Source of the DNA: Deltaproteobacteria bacterium
GTDB taxonomy: Bacteria > Desulfobacterota > Dissulfuribacteria > Dissulfuribacterales > UBA5754
DNA: 64,000 bases
Assembly: GCA_036574075.1 (NCBI GenBank)
Contig: JAINCN010000021.1
Location: 64,652 to 128,651, forward strand
Reading direction: 5' to 3'
A model generated the notes under the pieces. That model searched no databases. It was given only the letters and a program-made list of their open reading frames with translations, and was not told where the DNA came from. Below are positions 14,038 through 22,954 of the stretch, piece by piece. Position 1 is the first letter of the stretch. Every line of letters starts with the position of its first letter. The position numbers and the translations under genes were made by a program.

Positions 14038-15503
14038 TGGTTCATCCTCATAGCGCCATTGCCGCGCGGAGAAATCGTGCAGGAGAGCACGCCCTCGGAC
14101 GTCTCTTCGGTGTAGCGTCTTTGGACGCGTTCGATGTCAAAGGCTGTCTGGAGGTTATGGATCGCGGCGTCCATCCGCTCGTTCGCCTCGCTAAAGGACG
14201 CAGAGGTGACGAGTTCGATTGCGATTTCCACGGGTTGGGCCAAGAGGGTGGCCGGGTCGCTGGAAACGAGATCCTGACCGGCGCTGTTCGCCATCCTAAG
14301 AGCCGGGGACGCGGCGGCCTTTGTCTCCCCGGATCCCTGGAGACCTTGGACAGCCCGGTTCAGGTCCATTTTTTTGATCTTCACCCCGTCAGGGAGCCTG
14401 TTTGCGAGGGTGACAAGGATCTCGTCCAGCCCGTGCTCGGCCCTGGCCCTGTTCCAGATGGCTGCAAGACGTTCGCGGGCCTCCCGTTCCGGTTGCGGCG
14501 GGAGTGTCTCCTCGATGAGCCGTCTTTTTGCCTCAACTTCCCGGGTACGATTGGCCAGATCGGCCTCAAGGGAAGAGTTCGTCCGCGCAAGGACAAGGGT
14601 GCCCGCAAGCAAAAGGGCGATTGCAGGAAGCGCGGCAAGGCTCGCCCATTTTGATACCTTCCCGATCGCGTAGGCCATCTTCCAGTCTTTAGGCACGAGA
14701 TCGTAGGCCGGGTCGGCGAACGCCACACCAAAGAGGTCAGGATGATCGTCCACCAGAGAAGGGTCCTGGACGTCCAGGATGGAATCCCACGCCGGTTGCA
14801 GGATATTCCGGCCGCCGAGCATGGCTGGGCACGAGCGCCGTTGCGGGCCGGTGGCGATGAAATGGCTGATATCGAGATCGTACTGCCTACGGGCCGTCTG
14901 GCTGACCATGTCGAAGGTCTGGGCCAGCATCGACTCCCGGAGGGATCCGTCCGTGTCAAGGGGGACAATCTGGGCGTGGAGAAGGACCGCGCCTGAAACA
15001 ACCATGATTTCAAGGAGTTCTTTATGGAAGATGGCAACGAGGACAGGTTCCTGGGTGAGGCGTCCCACGAGCCCGGCGATCGAGGCATGGCTGGGGATAA
15101 GGCCCGTGAGCCTCCATTCGCGCGCGCCGTGGCCGAGTTCCAAAATGGGTGCTACATCGCTTTCAGGCAGGGTGAGGACGGAGAGAATCTGATTTCCTGA
15201 GGCAGTGGTGCCGAGGGCCTTTATGCGATGGGCCACAGCCTGGCCTTCCGGCCACAGACCGCTCTGGCGGATCCGCTCAAGGACGCGGAGATTGAGGATT
15301 TCTTGTTTCGTTTTCGGGAACACTTCCCTGAAGATATGGATCTTCCTTGACGGGATGGTAACGGTCACTTCACCTGCGTTTACAGGCGCAGGGCCATGGA
15401 TCTCCTCGATCTGTCCGAAAGACGGCCTGTTAGGCGGTCCAGTGACGCGGACCCTGAGCCACGTCCCTCTTTCCTTTCCGGGTTTTGCGTAAAAACGGCC
15501 CAT
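14034..15503 (-). CDS. fused PilM-like / PilN-like pilus assembly protein (MshI-like)
   Basis: Start moved to the ATG at 15503 (MGRFYAKPGKE...) because the upstream part of the 15641 ORF lies inside the repeat element. About 330 aa cytoplasmic domain, a TM segment (WASLAALPAIALLLAGTLVLA), then coiled-coil and periplasmic domains. Confidence 0.55.
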   Translation of the reverse strand: MGRFYAKPGKERGTWLRVRVTGPPNRPSFGQIEEIHGPAPVNAGEVTVTIPSRKIHIFREVFPKTKQEILNLRVLERIRQSGLWPEGQAVAHRIKALGTTASGNQILSVLTLPESDVAPILELGHGAREWRLTGLIPSHASIAGLVGRLTQEPVLVAIFHKELLEIMVVSGAVLLHAQIVPLDTDGSLRESMLAQTFDMVSQTARRQYDLDISHFIATGPQRRSCPAMLGGRNILQPAWDSILDVQDPSLVDDHPDLFGVAFADPAYDLVPKDWKMAYAIGKVSKWASLAALPAIALLLAGTLVLARTNSSLEADLANRTREVEAKRRLIEETLPPQPEREARERLAAIWNRARAEHGLDEILVTLANRLPDGVKIKKMDLNRAVQGLQGSGETKAAASPALRMANSAGQDLVSSDPATLLAQPVEIAIELVTSASFSEANERMDAAIHNLQTAFDIERVQRRYTEETSEGVLSCTISPRGNGAMRMNQ

Positions 15504-15538
15504 TCTGGTTCTTTCGGCCTCAAGGCGTTTGCAAGAAG

Positions 15539-15712
15539 CCTGAATCCGTGATCCTACGCCCGGGATATTTGTTTCGTGCGGCAAATAGCCCCCGTCCATT
15601 GGGGCAGATTTGCCGACAGCGCCCATCCATGGGCGCTTCACTCCACAAATACCCCGGCCGTAGGCTTATGGTGTGAAATCGAAAGGGTGAGTGCATATCT
15701 CACGGATTCAGG
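15539..15712 (+). mobile_element. MITE-like structured repeat, full copy 1 (174 bp)
   Basis: 13-bp terminal inverted repeats CCTGAATCCGTGA (15539-15551) and TCACGGATTCAGG (15700-15712). Flanked by the direct repeat AAGAAG (15533-15538 and 15713-15718). The interior has nested hairpins and is near-identical to the reverse complement of 47303-47477. Confidence 0.75.
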
Positions 15713-16602
15713 AAGAAGATGGGCAAAGCCGGCAGCATGCGCCGCATAAAGGCGAAAAGACCCCCCTGACATGGTTCAGGCAGGGTCTCTCGCGCGCGAG
15801 CGATGTGCTCTGCTCCGATTTTGTGCGATCCAGAGGCCGCGACCATGAGGAGCGAGCGGTCCATGAGCCTGTTTATAAGCCTGGGGATCCCGGATGTTGC
15901 CCGTTGGATGCGGCCGACGGCCCTTTGCGAGGGCTTGAGATCGGCCCTTCCCGCCCGGGCGAGCCTGAAAGCGATGTATTCTTCGGTCTCCGCCCTTGTC
16001 AGGGGGCGAAGCCGCTCCTGCACGACAACGCGCTGTGAGAGCTGGCGGAGACGCGGGTCTTCGAGGAGCCCTTCCAGCTCGGGTTGCCCCATGAGGACGA
16101 TCTGGAGGAGTTTCCGGGATGATGTCTCCACGTTTGACAGGAGGCGCAGCTGCTCCAGGGTCTCGACCGGGAGATCCTGGGCCTCGTCCACTATGATGAG
16201 AAGCTCCCTTCCTTGCCCTGCAAGTTCAAGGAGCCTCGTCTGGAAACGCCTGAGAAGCGTGCCCAGGTCTTCGCCATCCGCGTCACAGCCCATGTCGTCA
16301 AGTATCAGTCTCAGGAGACCAGGAGGGTCCACAGCAGGGGTAAGTACCAGGACCGGCACCTTTTGGGTCCCGATCTCCTGGAGAAGGAGCTTCAAAAGGA
16401 GTGTCTTTCCGGTGCCCGGAGGGCCGGTAAGCACCATGAAGCCCTCACCCCGCCCAATTCCGTATTTCAGTGCCTCCTTTGCGGCAATGTGGGGCCGCGC
16501 CGGATAAAAGAAGGCCGGGTCAGGAGAGAGACGAAAGGGCGCATCCCTGAATCCTAAGCACCCCAGATAGTCATCATGGATGGTCTCCGCCATATCTTTC
16601 AA
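15700..16602 (-). CDS. ExeA/MshM-family AAA ATPase
   Basis: 300-aa ORF. Walker A LTGPPGTGKTLLLK and Walker B LLIIVDEAQDL, with ExeA/GspA/MshM-like architecture. The last three codons and the TGA stop (LNP*) are encoded by the terminal inverted repeat of the element. Confidence 0.85.
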   Translation of the reverse strand: MKDMAETIHDDYLGCLGFRDAPFRLSPDPAFFYPARPHIAAKEALKYGIGRGEGFMVLTGPPGTGKTLLLKLLLQEIGTQKVPVLVLTPAVDPPGLLRLILDDMGCDADGEDLGTLLRRFQTRLLELAGQGRELLIIVDEAQDLPVETLEQLRLLSNVETSSRKLLQIVLMGQPELEGLLEDPRLRQLSQRVVVQERLRPLTRAETEEYIAFRLARAGRADLKPSQRAVGRIQRATSGIPRLINRLMDRSLLMVAASGSHKIGAEHIARARETLPEPCQGGLFAFMRRMLPALPIFFLNP

Positions 16603-16616
16603 GGCCCCCTTATCCC

Positions 16617-17819
16617 TTATTTGATGGAACCCATGAGGTCGTAGATAGGACCAAGGAGGCCGATCGCCATCAGGACCATTATGAGCCCGGCGAAAACGAG
16701 CAGGATCGGCTCGATCATCTTGGAGGTGGATTCGACGAGCTTGTCCACGCGCTTCATGGAGTACTCACCGAGGGATGAAAGCTGCCTTGAAAGGGCCCCG
16801 GTCTGTTCACCCACGGAGATCATGCGGATTACAAAGGGTTCGAAGAGTTTGGTGGACATGAAGGCCTCCGATATCTGCTGGCCTGATGCAATGCCGTCCC
16901 GGATCTTCCTGATGGCGTTTTTCATCCTTTCGGAATTGGTCGAGGTTTCCATGAGCTCGAGGGCCCTTTGGAACTGGATCCCTGCCCCAACGAGAAGGGC
17001 GAGGTTATCGAAGAAGAAGGCGAGGGATGCGGTGCGTATTACATTTCCTATGACTGGCGTGCGCTCGATGCAGGTACCAAGGAAGCTTTTAAGGCGCCTG
17101 TTGCGTCTCGATACAGCAGCGAGCCCTAAAATGGCAATGATCAAGAGGGGGGCGACAAACCACCACTGCCTGCAGAAGGAAGAAAATCCCATGAGGAGTC
17201 GAGTGGCCAGGGGGAGACTCGTTAACCCCATCTCCTTGAAGAGTCCAAGTATCTGGGGAAGGACGACTATCATCCAAAAGGCAAGTGCCCCAGTCATGGC
17301 CACAAACACCACTGATGGATACACCAAGGCCCGCTTTGTGTTGGACACGATATGTTCCACCTTCTCTATGTGGCGCGCCCCGTCTTCGAGCGTTTTGTCC
17401 AGGCGTCCTGTCTCTTCCCCGATACGGACCAGGGAGACCACGATGCTGGAAAAGACACCCTTGAGGCCATCCATGGTCTCGGACAGAGGATTGCCGACAT
17501 GGATTCCACGCAGGATCCTCTTGACGAGCAGCCTGAGGGCCGGGTCTCCCGGGGTCCCAGCGATGTCGGTGAGGGCCTGCCTGAGGGGGATCCCGCCTGC
17601 AAGCATTATGGAGATGTTCCTGAGAAGCTCTACCTTGGCAAGACGCTTGAGACGCCTTCGGCCGGCAAGGCGGGTGAAAAGGGAGACACGTCCGTAGTTA
17701 ACGAGGGTGAGGCCTTCGGCCCTGAGGCCTTCGTACATTGCCCCTACGGAGGGAAAGGACCCTATGTCCTTTCTCAATACCCCGGCATTGTCCATTGCCT
17801 CGTAGGAATATAAGGGCAT
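16617..17819 (-). CDS. type II secretion / type IV pilus platform protein (GspF/PilC/MshG family)
   Basis: 400-aa ORF with two GspF repeats and three TM regions. Motifs ...LAGGIPLRQAL... and ...LVGAGIQFQRALELM... Confidence 0.9.
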   Translation of the reverse strand: MPLYSYEAMDNAGVLRKDIGSFPSVGAMYEGLRAEGLTLVNYGRVSLFTRLAGRRRLKRLAKVELLRNISIMLAGGIPLRQALTDIAGTPGDPALRLLVKRILRGIHVGNPLSETMDGLKGVFSSIVVSLVRIGEETGRLDKTLEDGARHIEKVEHIVSNTKRALVYPSVVFVAMTGALAFWMIVVLPQILGLFKEMGLTSLPLATRLLMGFSSFCRQWWFVAPLLIIAILGLAAVSRRNRRLKSFLGTCIERTPVIGNVIRTASLAFFFDNLALLVGAGIQFQRALELMETSTNSERMKNAIRKIRDGIASGQQISEAFMSTKLFEPFVIRMISVGEQTGALSRQLSSLGEYSMKRVDKLVESTSKMIEPILLVFAGLIMVLMAIGLLGPIYDLMGSIK

Positions 17820-19465
17820 TATCCTACCACCCGCATAAATTCTTCTATGCTTGTCTCGCCCCGCGCCACCATCCGGAGGCCAGAGGCTGTCAGATCCGTA
17901 AATCCTTCAGCCCTTAATCTGTCTTCGATGTGCCAGAGCGGGACATCGTCGGCTATGAGTCGGGCCACTTCCTTGCTCACCTTAAATACCTCGCATATCG
18001 CGGACCTCCCGAGATAACCCTTGCCCTGGCATTCTGGACAGCCCCCGGCCTTGAAGTAATTGCCGTCAGGTGAAAGACCGTATCGTTCCAGGATCTCCCG
18101 TGACGGGGAATAGGGCTTTTTGCAGAACGGGCAGAGTTTTCGGATGAGCCGTTGCGATATGACGCCGGCAAGTGTGGATGCAAGGATGAAGGGCGATACG
18201 TTTAGGTCCTTGAGGCGGGCGATCGCCCCGATGGCAGTGGTGGTGTGGAGTGTGGACAGGACCAGGTGTCCGGTGAGTGCGGCTGTGGCTGCGAGGGAGG
18301 CGGTCTCCTCGTCCCTGATCTCGCCTACGAGGATGACGTCCGGGTCCTGCCGGAGGAAGGTCCGTATGGCGGACGCAAATGTATAGCCGGCCTTTTCGTT
18401 CACCTGGGTCTGGCGTATCATCGAATACTCGTACTCGATAGGATCCTCGACGGTGGTGATGTTCTTACCGATGGCGTCCTGTTCCTTGAGGGCAGCGTAA
18501 AGGGTCGTGGTCTTGCCACTCCCTGTGGGTCCGGTTATGAGGACCATGCCGTCAGGGCGGGCGAACAGGCTGCGAATGGTATCGAGCTGACTGCCCTCGA
18601 AGCCCAGGTCCCGGATCGTGACGTGGTCCGTGCCGCGCGACGGGAGAATACGCATGACCACATTTTCGCCGTGGTTGGTGAGGACCGTCGAGACCCGGAT
18701 GTCGTATACGCTTCCAAGGAACTCAAAGCCCATGCGTCCGTCCTGGGGCCTGCGCTGTTCAGCGATATCCATGCCAGAGCGGATCTTGATGGTGGAGACC
18801 AGGCGGTTGTGGAGGGCGAGAGGAAAGACATGGGCAGGAGACAGGACCCCGTCTATCCTCAGGATGATCCTTGACGAGAGGCTACTCGGGGTGAGGTGGA
18901 TATCCGTGGTCCTGTGGCTTACCGCGGCTGCAAGCAGGATGTCCAGTATCCGGTTGGCGTCGATGTCGGCCCCCTGGTCGATCCTCAGACGGGCTATGGC
19001 ATCCTCGATATACCTTTCAGGCGGGTTCTCCAGTAGATAATAAAACTGTTCAACGAGTCTTTTCAGGATGTTGCGACCTGCCACATGGATCGTCGGCGCA
19101 AGGCCCGTGATCCTGAACACCGTCTCGGCAGGCAGGGGATCGTAGGGATCGTGCACCGCGATATGGAGCCGACCGTCCTTCATCATGATGGGCAAGACGC
19201 ACTGCTGGCGGGCAACAGCGGCAGGGATCCTTTTCAGGAGCTCCATGTCAGGGGTGAAGGCCATGAGGTCGACGAAGGGTCTTCCTGCCTGTTCCGCGAT
19301 GACCCTCGCAAGGTCCGAATCTGAGACGAACCCGATACGGAGCAGGCAGTCCCCGAGCCGTTCTCCAGTCGCCTTCTGTTCGGTGAGGGCGAACTCGATC
19401 TGGTTCTCCCTGACAAGACCGCTCTCGAAGAGGAGTTTACCTATCTGTGGCCTGGGGCCTGGCAT
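17819..19465 (-). CDS. MshE-like GspE/PilB-family pilus assembly ATPase with N-terminal MshEN-type domain
   Basis: 548-aa ORF. Walker A GPTGSGKTTTL and tetracysteine CPFCKKPY...CPECQGKGYLGR. The N-terminus carries two 24-residue RLGxxLLxxGLVxxxxLxxxLxxQ-type motifs separated by 5 residues. Confidence 0.9.
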   Translation of the reverse strand: MPGPRPQIGKLLFESGLVRENQIEFALTEQKATGERLGDCLLRIGFVSDSDLARVIAEQAGRPFVDLMAFTPDMELLKRIPAAVARQQCVLPIMMKDGRLHIAVHDPYDPLPAETVFRITGLAPTIHVAGRNILKRLVEQFYYLLENPPERYIEDAIARLRIDQGADIDANRILDILLAAAVSHRTTDIHLTPSSLSSRIILRIDGVLSPAHVFPLALHNRLVSTIKIRSGMDIAEQRRPQDGRMGFEFLGSVYDIRVSTVLTNHGENVVMRILPSRGTDHVTIRDLGFEGSQLDTIRSLFARPDGMVLITGPTGSGKTTTLYAALKEQDAIGKNITTVEDPIEYEYSMIRQTQVNEKAGYTFASAIRTFLRQDPDVILVGEIRDEETASLAATAALTGHLVLSTLHTTTAIGAIARLKDLNVSPFILASTLAGVISQRLIRKLCPFCKKPYSPSREILERYGLSPDGNYFKAGGCPECQGKGYLGRSAICEVFKVSKEVARLIADDVPLWHIEDRLRAEGFTDLTASGLRMVARGETSIEEFMRVVG

Positions 19466-19539
19466 GGTTCTTGTCCTTTTTCCGTTTCAAGGAACGTATC
19501 GGAACCATGCGGTTTTTTCTGAAGGGGGTAGAAGGGATC

Positions 19540-20967
19540 TTACAATCGGCCCGGTTGATCGATCCTCCTCCTCTTCCCCCTTCGAAGATGGATGGCGAAA
19601 AAACCGTCCGGGCCAGCGGGTGCCGGCAGAATCTGGAGTTCGCCGGAACTGGTCGCATATCTCCTTGCTGGACTATCAAGTATCTCGTCCGCCGGCACCA
19701 CGGTCCATCCCGGATACCGGGCAAGGAATGCACGTATCACCTCTGAGGTTTCTTCCGGCTCAATGGTACAGGTGGCATAGACGATCCGGCCCCCAGGCGG
19801 GATGAGGGTGGCTGCGGCCTCAAGGATGGCCCTCTGCCTCTCTGCCATGCGGCCGAGGGATGCCTCGTCCCGGTTCCATTTGATGTCCGGATGCCGCCTG
19901 ATGACGCCGAGACCCGAACAGGGGGCATCCACCAGGATCCTATCGTAGGCGGGTACGGTTTGGGAGGCAACAAAGGCCTCCACCTCCGCCGGGGGAAGTA
20001 TCCGGATGGAACGGATCCCGAGCCGCGCCACGTTCTTTCGAAGGAGCCCGAGCCGGGAGGCCTTGGGGTCGAGAGCATCCACCTCTCCTTCATCCCCCAT
20101 GAGGGCCGCGATGTGTGTGGTCTTCCCTCCGAGCCCGGCGCAGGCATCAAGGATCCGCTCCCCAGGGCGCGGGTCAAGGAGAAAGGTCACGAGCTGGGCG
20201 CCCTCGTCCTGCACCACAAAAAGCCCATCTCTAAAGCCTGGAAGGTGGGAAGGGTTTCCTGTGAAGCCCTCGAGGATCACTGCATCCCGAGAATACATCC
20301 CCGGGACCGGATGAAGGCCGTGGGAAGCCAACCTCTCCAGGAAGCGGGCCCGCGAGATTCGAAGCGTGTTCACCCGCAGGACGAGAGGAGCGCGGCTGTT
20401 GTTGGCATGAAGTATGGCCAGGGCCGACTCCATTCCCCACCTCGCCACCCATCGCTTCACCATCCATGCCGGATGGGCAGTCAGGACAGCGAGCCTCTCC
20501 ACTGGGCAGAGGGCATCCAGGCCTTCCGGGATGCGCGCGGCCTCCATCCCCTGGGTCAAGCGCCGATCGGCAAGCCGTCTCAAAACCGCGTTTGAAAGGC
20601 CCTTGGCCCAGGCCAGACCCATCCTTCCGAGGCCGGCCACGCACTCGTTCACAGCCGCATACGGCGGGACCCGATCGAGAAAGAGGATCTGATATGCAGC
20701 TATCCTCAGGGCCGTTCTCACCTCCAGGGGGATATCGGGGCCCTTTTTCAGGTATCTGTCGACGTGCCAATCGAGGAGGGGAAGCCAGCGGACCACGCCA
20801 AAGACGATTTCCCTGACAAGCCCACGATCCCTTTCCTGGATGCCTGGGGGTATGCGGTCCTCTGCCATGGAGGCAAGGGAAGGCCGCCTTTCAGGCAGGG
20901 TCTTCTCCCAGGCTAAGAGGATTTCGGCGGACAGATCCCGCGCGGACCTACCCCCCAAGGCACACAC
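19540..20967 (-). CDS. rsmB: 16S rRNA (cytosine967-C5)-methyltransferase RsmB
   Basis: 475-aa ORF. NusB-like N-terminus, SAM-binding DACAGLGGKT, catalytic DAPCSG and TCT motifs. Canonical position after fmt. Confidence 0.9.
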   Translation of the reverse strand: MCALGGRSARDLSAEILLAWEKTLPERRPSLASMAEDRIPPGIQERDRGLVREIVFGVVRWLPLLDWHVDRYLKKGPDIPLEVRTALRIAAYQILFLDRVPPYAAVNECVAGLGRMGLAWAKGLSNAVLRRLADRRLTQGMEAARIPEGLDALCPVERLAVLTAHPAWMVKRWVARWGMESALAILHANNSRAPLVLRVNTLRISRARFLERLASHGLHPVPGMYSRDAVILEGFTGNPSHLPGFRDGLFVVQDEGAQLVTFLLDPRPGERILDACAGLGGKTTHIAALMGDEGEVDALDPKASRLGLLRKNVARLGIRSIRILPPAEVEAFVASQTVPAYDRILVDAPCSGLGVIRRHPDIKWNRDEASLGRMAERQRAILEAAATLIPPGGRIVYATCTIEPEETSEVIRAFLARYPGWTVVPADEILDSPARRYATSSGELQILPAPAGPDGFFAIHLRRGKRRRIDQPGRL

Positions 20968-21934
20968 CCGGTGAAATGGGCCTGCCTCTAAGAAAATCTC
21001 CTACCCGAAGCCTCTTTTTACCCGGATAGAGGATCTCCCTTACGCCGAGGATACCGTCGCCAGTGGCCACAAAAAGGCCGAGATCGTCTGCACGGACGAC
21101 CTCGCCGGGGACGGCCGCCTGGGTCTTTCCTTCTTCGATGAAGGGCCGAAAGAAGCGGACACGATTCCCATCGAGGAGGGTATAAGCGCCCGGCTCAGGG
21201 TCCATGGCCCGGATAAGGCAGGCGATTTTTTTGGAGGGAAGCGTCCAGTCGATGCAGGCGGTCTCGGGACGAATGGGTGGGGCGTATGTAATCCCCTCTT
21301 CCGGCTGGGGTTTCTCCGTGAGCCTGCCTTCTTCGAGGAGATCAAGGGCCTGGCGAAGAAGCCTGGCGCCGAGATCCGACATCCGGAGATAGAGCTCGCC
21401 GAAGGTCTCGTCAGGTCCGATCCCGATCACCCCGGTAAGGAGCATGGGGCCTGTGTCCATACCTGCATCCATGCGCATGATGGTGACCCCGGTCTCTTTC
21501 TCGCAGTTCATGATGGCCCACTGGATGGGAGCGGCCCCCCGATAGGCCGGCAGGAGGGATCCATGGACGTTTATCGGCATGATCCGCGGGACTTGGAGAA
21601 GGGCCGAAGGAAGGATCTGGCCGTAGGCAGCGACCACAAGTAGATCAGGCTCAAGGGCCTCCATCTCGGCAATGAATCCGGGGTCCCGGGCCCTCTCTGG
21701 CTGGAGGACCGGGATCTCCCTGGCAAGGGCGAACTCCTTCACTGGCGATGGCACCACCCGCCTTCCCCTCCCCTGCGGCCGGTCGGGCTGGGTGACCACG
21801 GCAAGTACCGCGTCCGGTCCTTCCACAAGGGCCTTGAGGCTTGGGACGGCAAAAACAGGCGTCCCCATGAAGACGATCCTGAACCTCGGATTTTGAGGCC
21901 TTGCAGCGCGATCATGACCCGGTGGTTTTTGCAT
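20948..21934 (-). CDS. fmt: methionyl-tRNA formyltransferase
   Basis: 328-aa ORF with RIVFMGTPVFAVPSL, NVHGSLLPAYRGAAPIQWAI and a C-terminal Fmt domain. Confidence 0.92.
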   Translation of the reverse strand: MQKPPGHDRAARPQNPRFRIVFMGTPVFAVPSLKALVEGPDAVLAVVTQPDRPQGRGRRVVPSPVKEFALAREIPVLQPERARDPGFIAEMEALEPDLLVVAAYGQILPSALLQVPRIMPINVHGSLLPAYRGAAPIQWAIMNCEKETGVTIMRMDAGMDTGPMLLTGVIGIGPDETFGELYLRMSDLGARLLRQALDLLEEGRLTEKPQPEEGITYAPPIRPETACIDWTLPSKKIACLIRAMDPEPGAYTLLDGNRVRFFRPFIEEGKTQAAVPGEVVRADDLGLFVATGDGILGVREILYPGKKRLRVGDFLRGRPISPGVCLGG

Positions 21935-21946
21935 GGTTTTGCCTCG

Positions 21947-22954
21947 CTACCTGCCCCCGCCGGTCCTGATCCTCGGGTCTGCAAGGGCGTAGCCCACGTC
22001 CGCAAGGAGGTTCCCGAGGAGGGTAAGGACGGCGACAATGACAAGATTCCCCATGAGCACAGGATAGTCTCTGGCCATGACACTCGTCCACATGAGCTGA
22101 CCGATGCCGGGTATGGCAAAGAGGGACTCGAAGATGACGCTTCCGCCGATGAGGCCCGGAAGCGAGAGGCCCAGGATGGTGATGAGGGGAAGGAGGGCGT
22201 TTCGTAGGGCGTGACGATAGACGACCACCCGCTCTGGAAGGCCCTTGGCCCGGGCCGTGGTGATGAAATCCTGCCGCAGGACCTCGAGCATGGAGCTTCG
22301 CATGTAGCGCGAGAGCCCGGCGAGCCCCCCGAGGGCCGAGACGAGGACCGGAAGGATGAGATGCCGCCCCCAGTCGAGGACCTTTTCAAGGGTTGTCATG
22401 CGATCGTAGCCCATGATGCTGTGAAGGCCGGAGATGGGAAGGAGGCCGAGATGCACCCCGAAAAGGAGCATGAGGAGGAGTGCGACCCAGAAGGCAGGGG
22501 CTGCATAGAAGACAAATACAAGGACCGTGGAAAACCGGTCGAAGATGCCTCCAGCACGTACTGCAGAGGCCACACCCAGGGGGATCGAAACCACAAGTAT
22601 CAGGGCGATGGACAGACAGTTCACGAGAAGGGTCACGGGCAGACGCTCCCGGATCTTGTCCCAGACCGGTCTTCTGTCCGCAGAAAACGAGGTCCCCAGG
22701 TCAAGGGTGAGAAGGCCCTTCAACCAGTGGACGTACTGGATGGGAAGCGGCCTGTCGAGCCCGTACTGGGCCCGAAGCCTCTCGCGCATCTCAGGGGTCA
22801 TCTTGGGGTTGAAATCCGCCTGAACGGCCATGGGCTCTCCAGGGGCAAGATGCATGACGAAAAACGAGATGAGCGTGATCCCAAAAAAGGTCGGGATCAT
22901 CACGAGAAGGCGCTTTCCGAGAAAGACGAAAAGGGGCATGGCATTAAGGCACAA
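21947..22954 (-). CDS. ABC transporter permease, peptide/nickel type (OppB/DppB-like)
   Basis: 335-aa ORF. N-terminus LLVMIPTFFGITLISFFVMHLAPGEP and an EAA-loop region ...TARAKGLPERVVVYRHALRNALLP... Confidence 0.88.
   Translation of the reverse strand: MCLNAMPLFVFLGKRLLVMIPTFFGITLISFFVMHLAPGEPMAVQADFNPKMTPEMRERLRAQYGLDRPLPIQYVHWLKGLLTLDLGTSFSADRRPVWDKIRERLPVTLLVNCLSIALILVVSIPLGVASAVRAGGIFDRFSTVLVFVFYAAPAFWVALLLMLLFGVHLGLLPISGLHSIMGYDRMTTLEKVLDWGRHLILPVLVSALGGLAGLSRYMRSSMLEVLRQDFITTARAKGLPERVVVYRHALRNALLPLITILGLSLPGLIGGSVIFESLFAIPGIGQLMWTSVMARDYPVLMGNLVIVAVLTLLGNLLADVGYALADPRIRTGGGR

Noticed and set aside
15504-15641. N-terminal 46 codons of the 535-aa mshI-like ORF
   Set aside because: This stretch lies inside the MITE-like element (15539-15712) and is partly palindromic repeat sequence. 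Translation more plausibly starts at ATG 15503.
19466-19539. Possible c-di-GMP riboswitch upstream of the MshE-like ATPase
   Set aside because: The spacer is only 74 nt and lacks the paired GNRA-tetraloop/receptor architecture expected of GEMM-type riboswitches. Only a simple hairpin is present.
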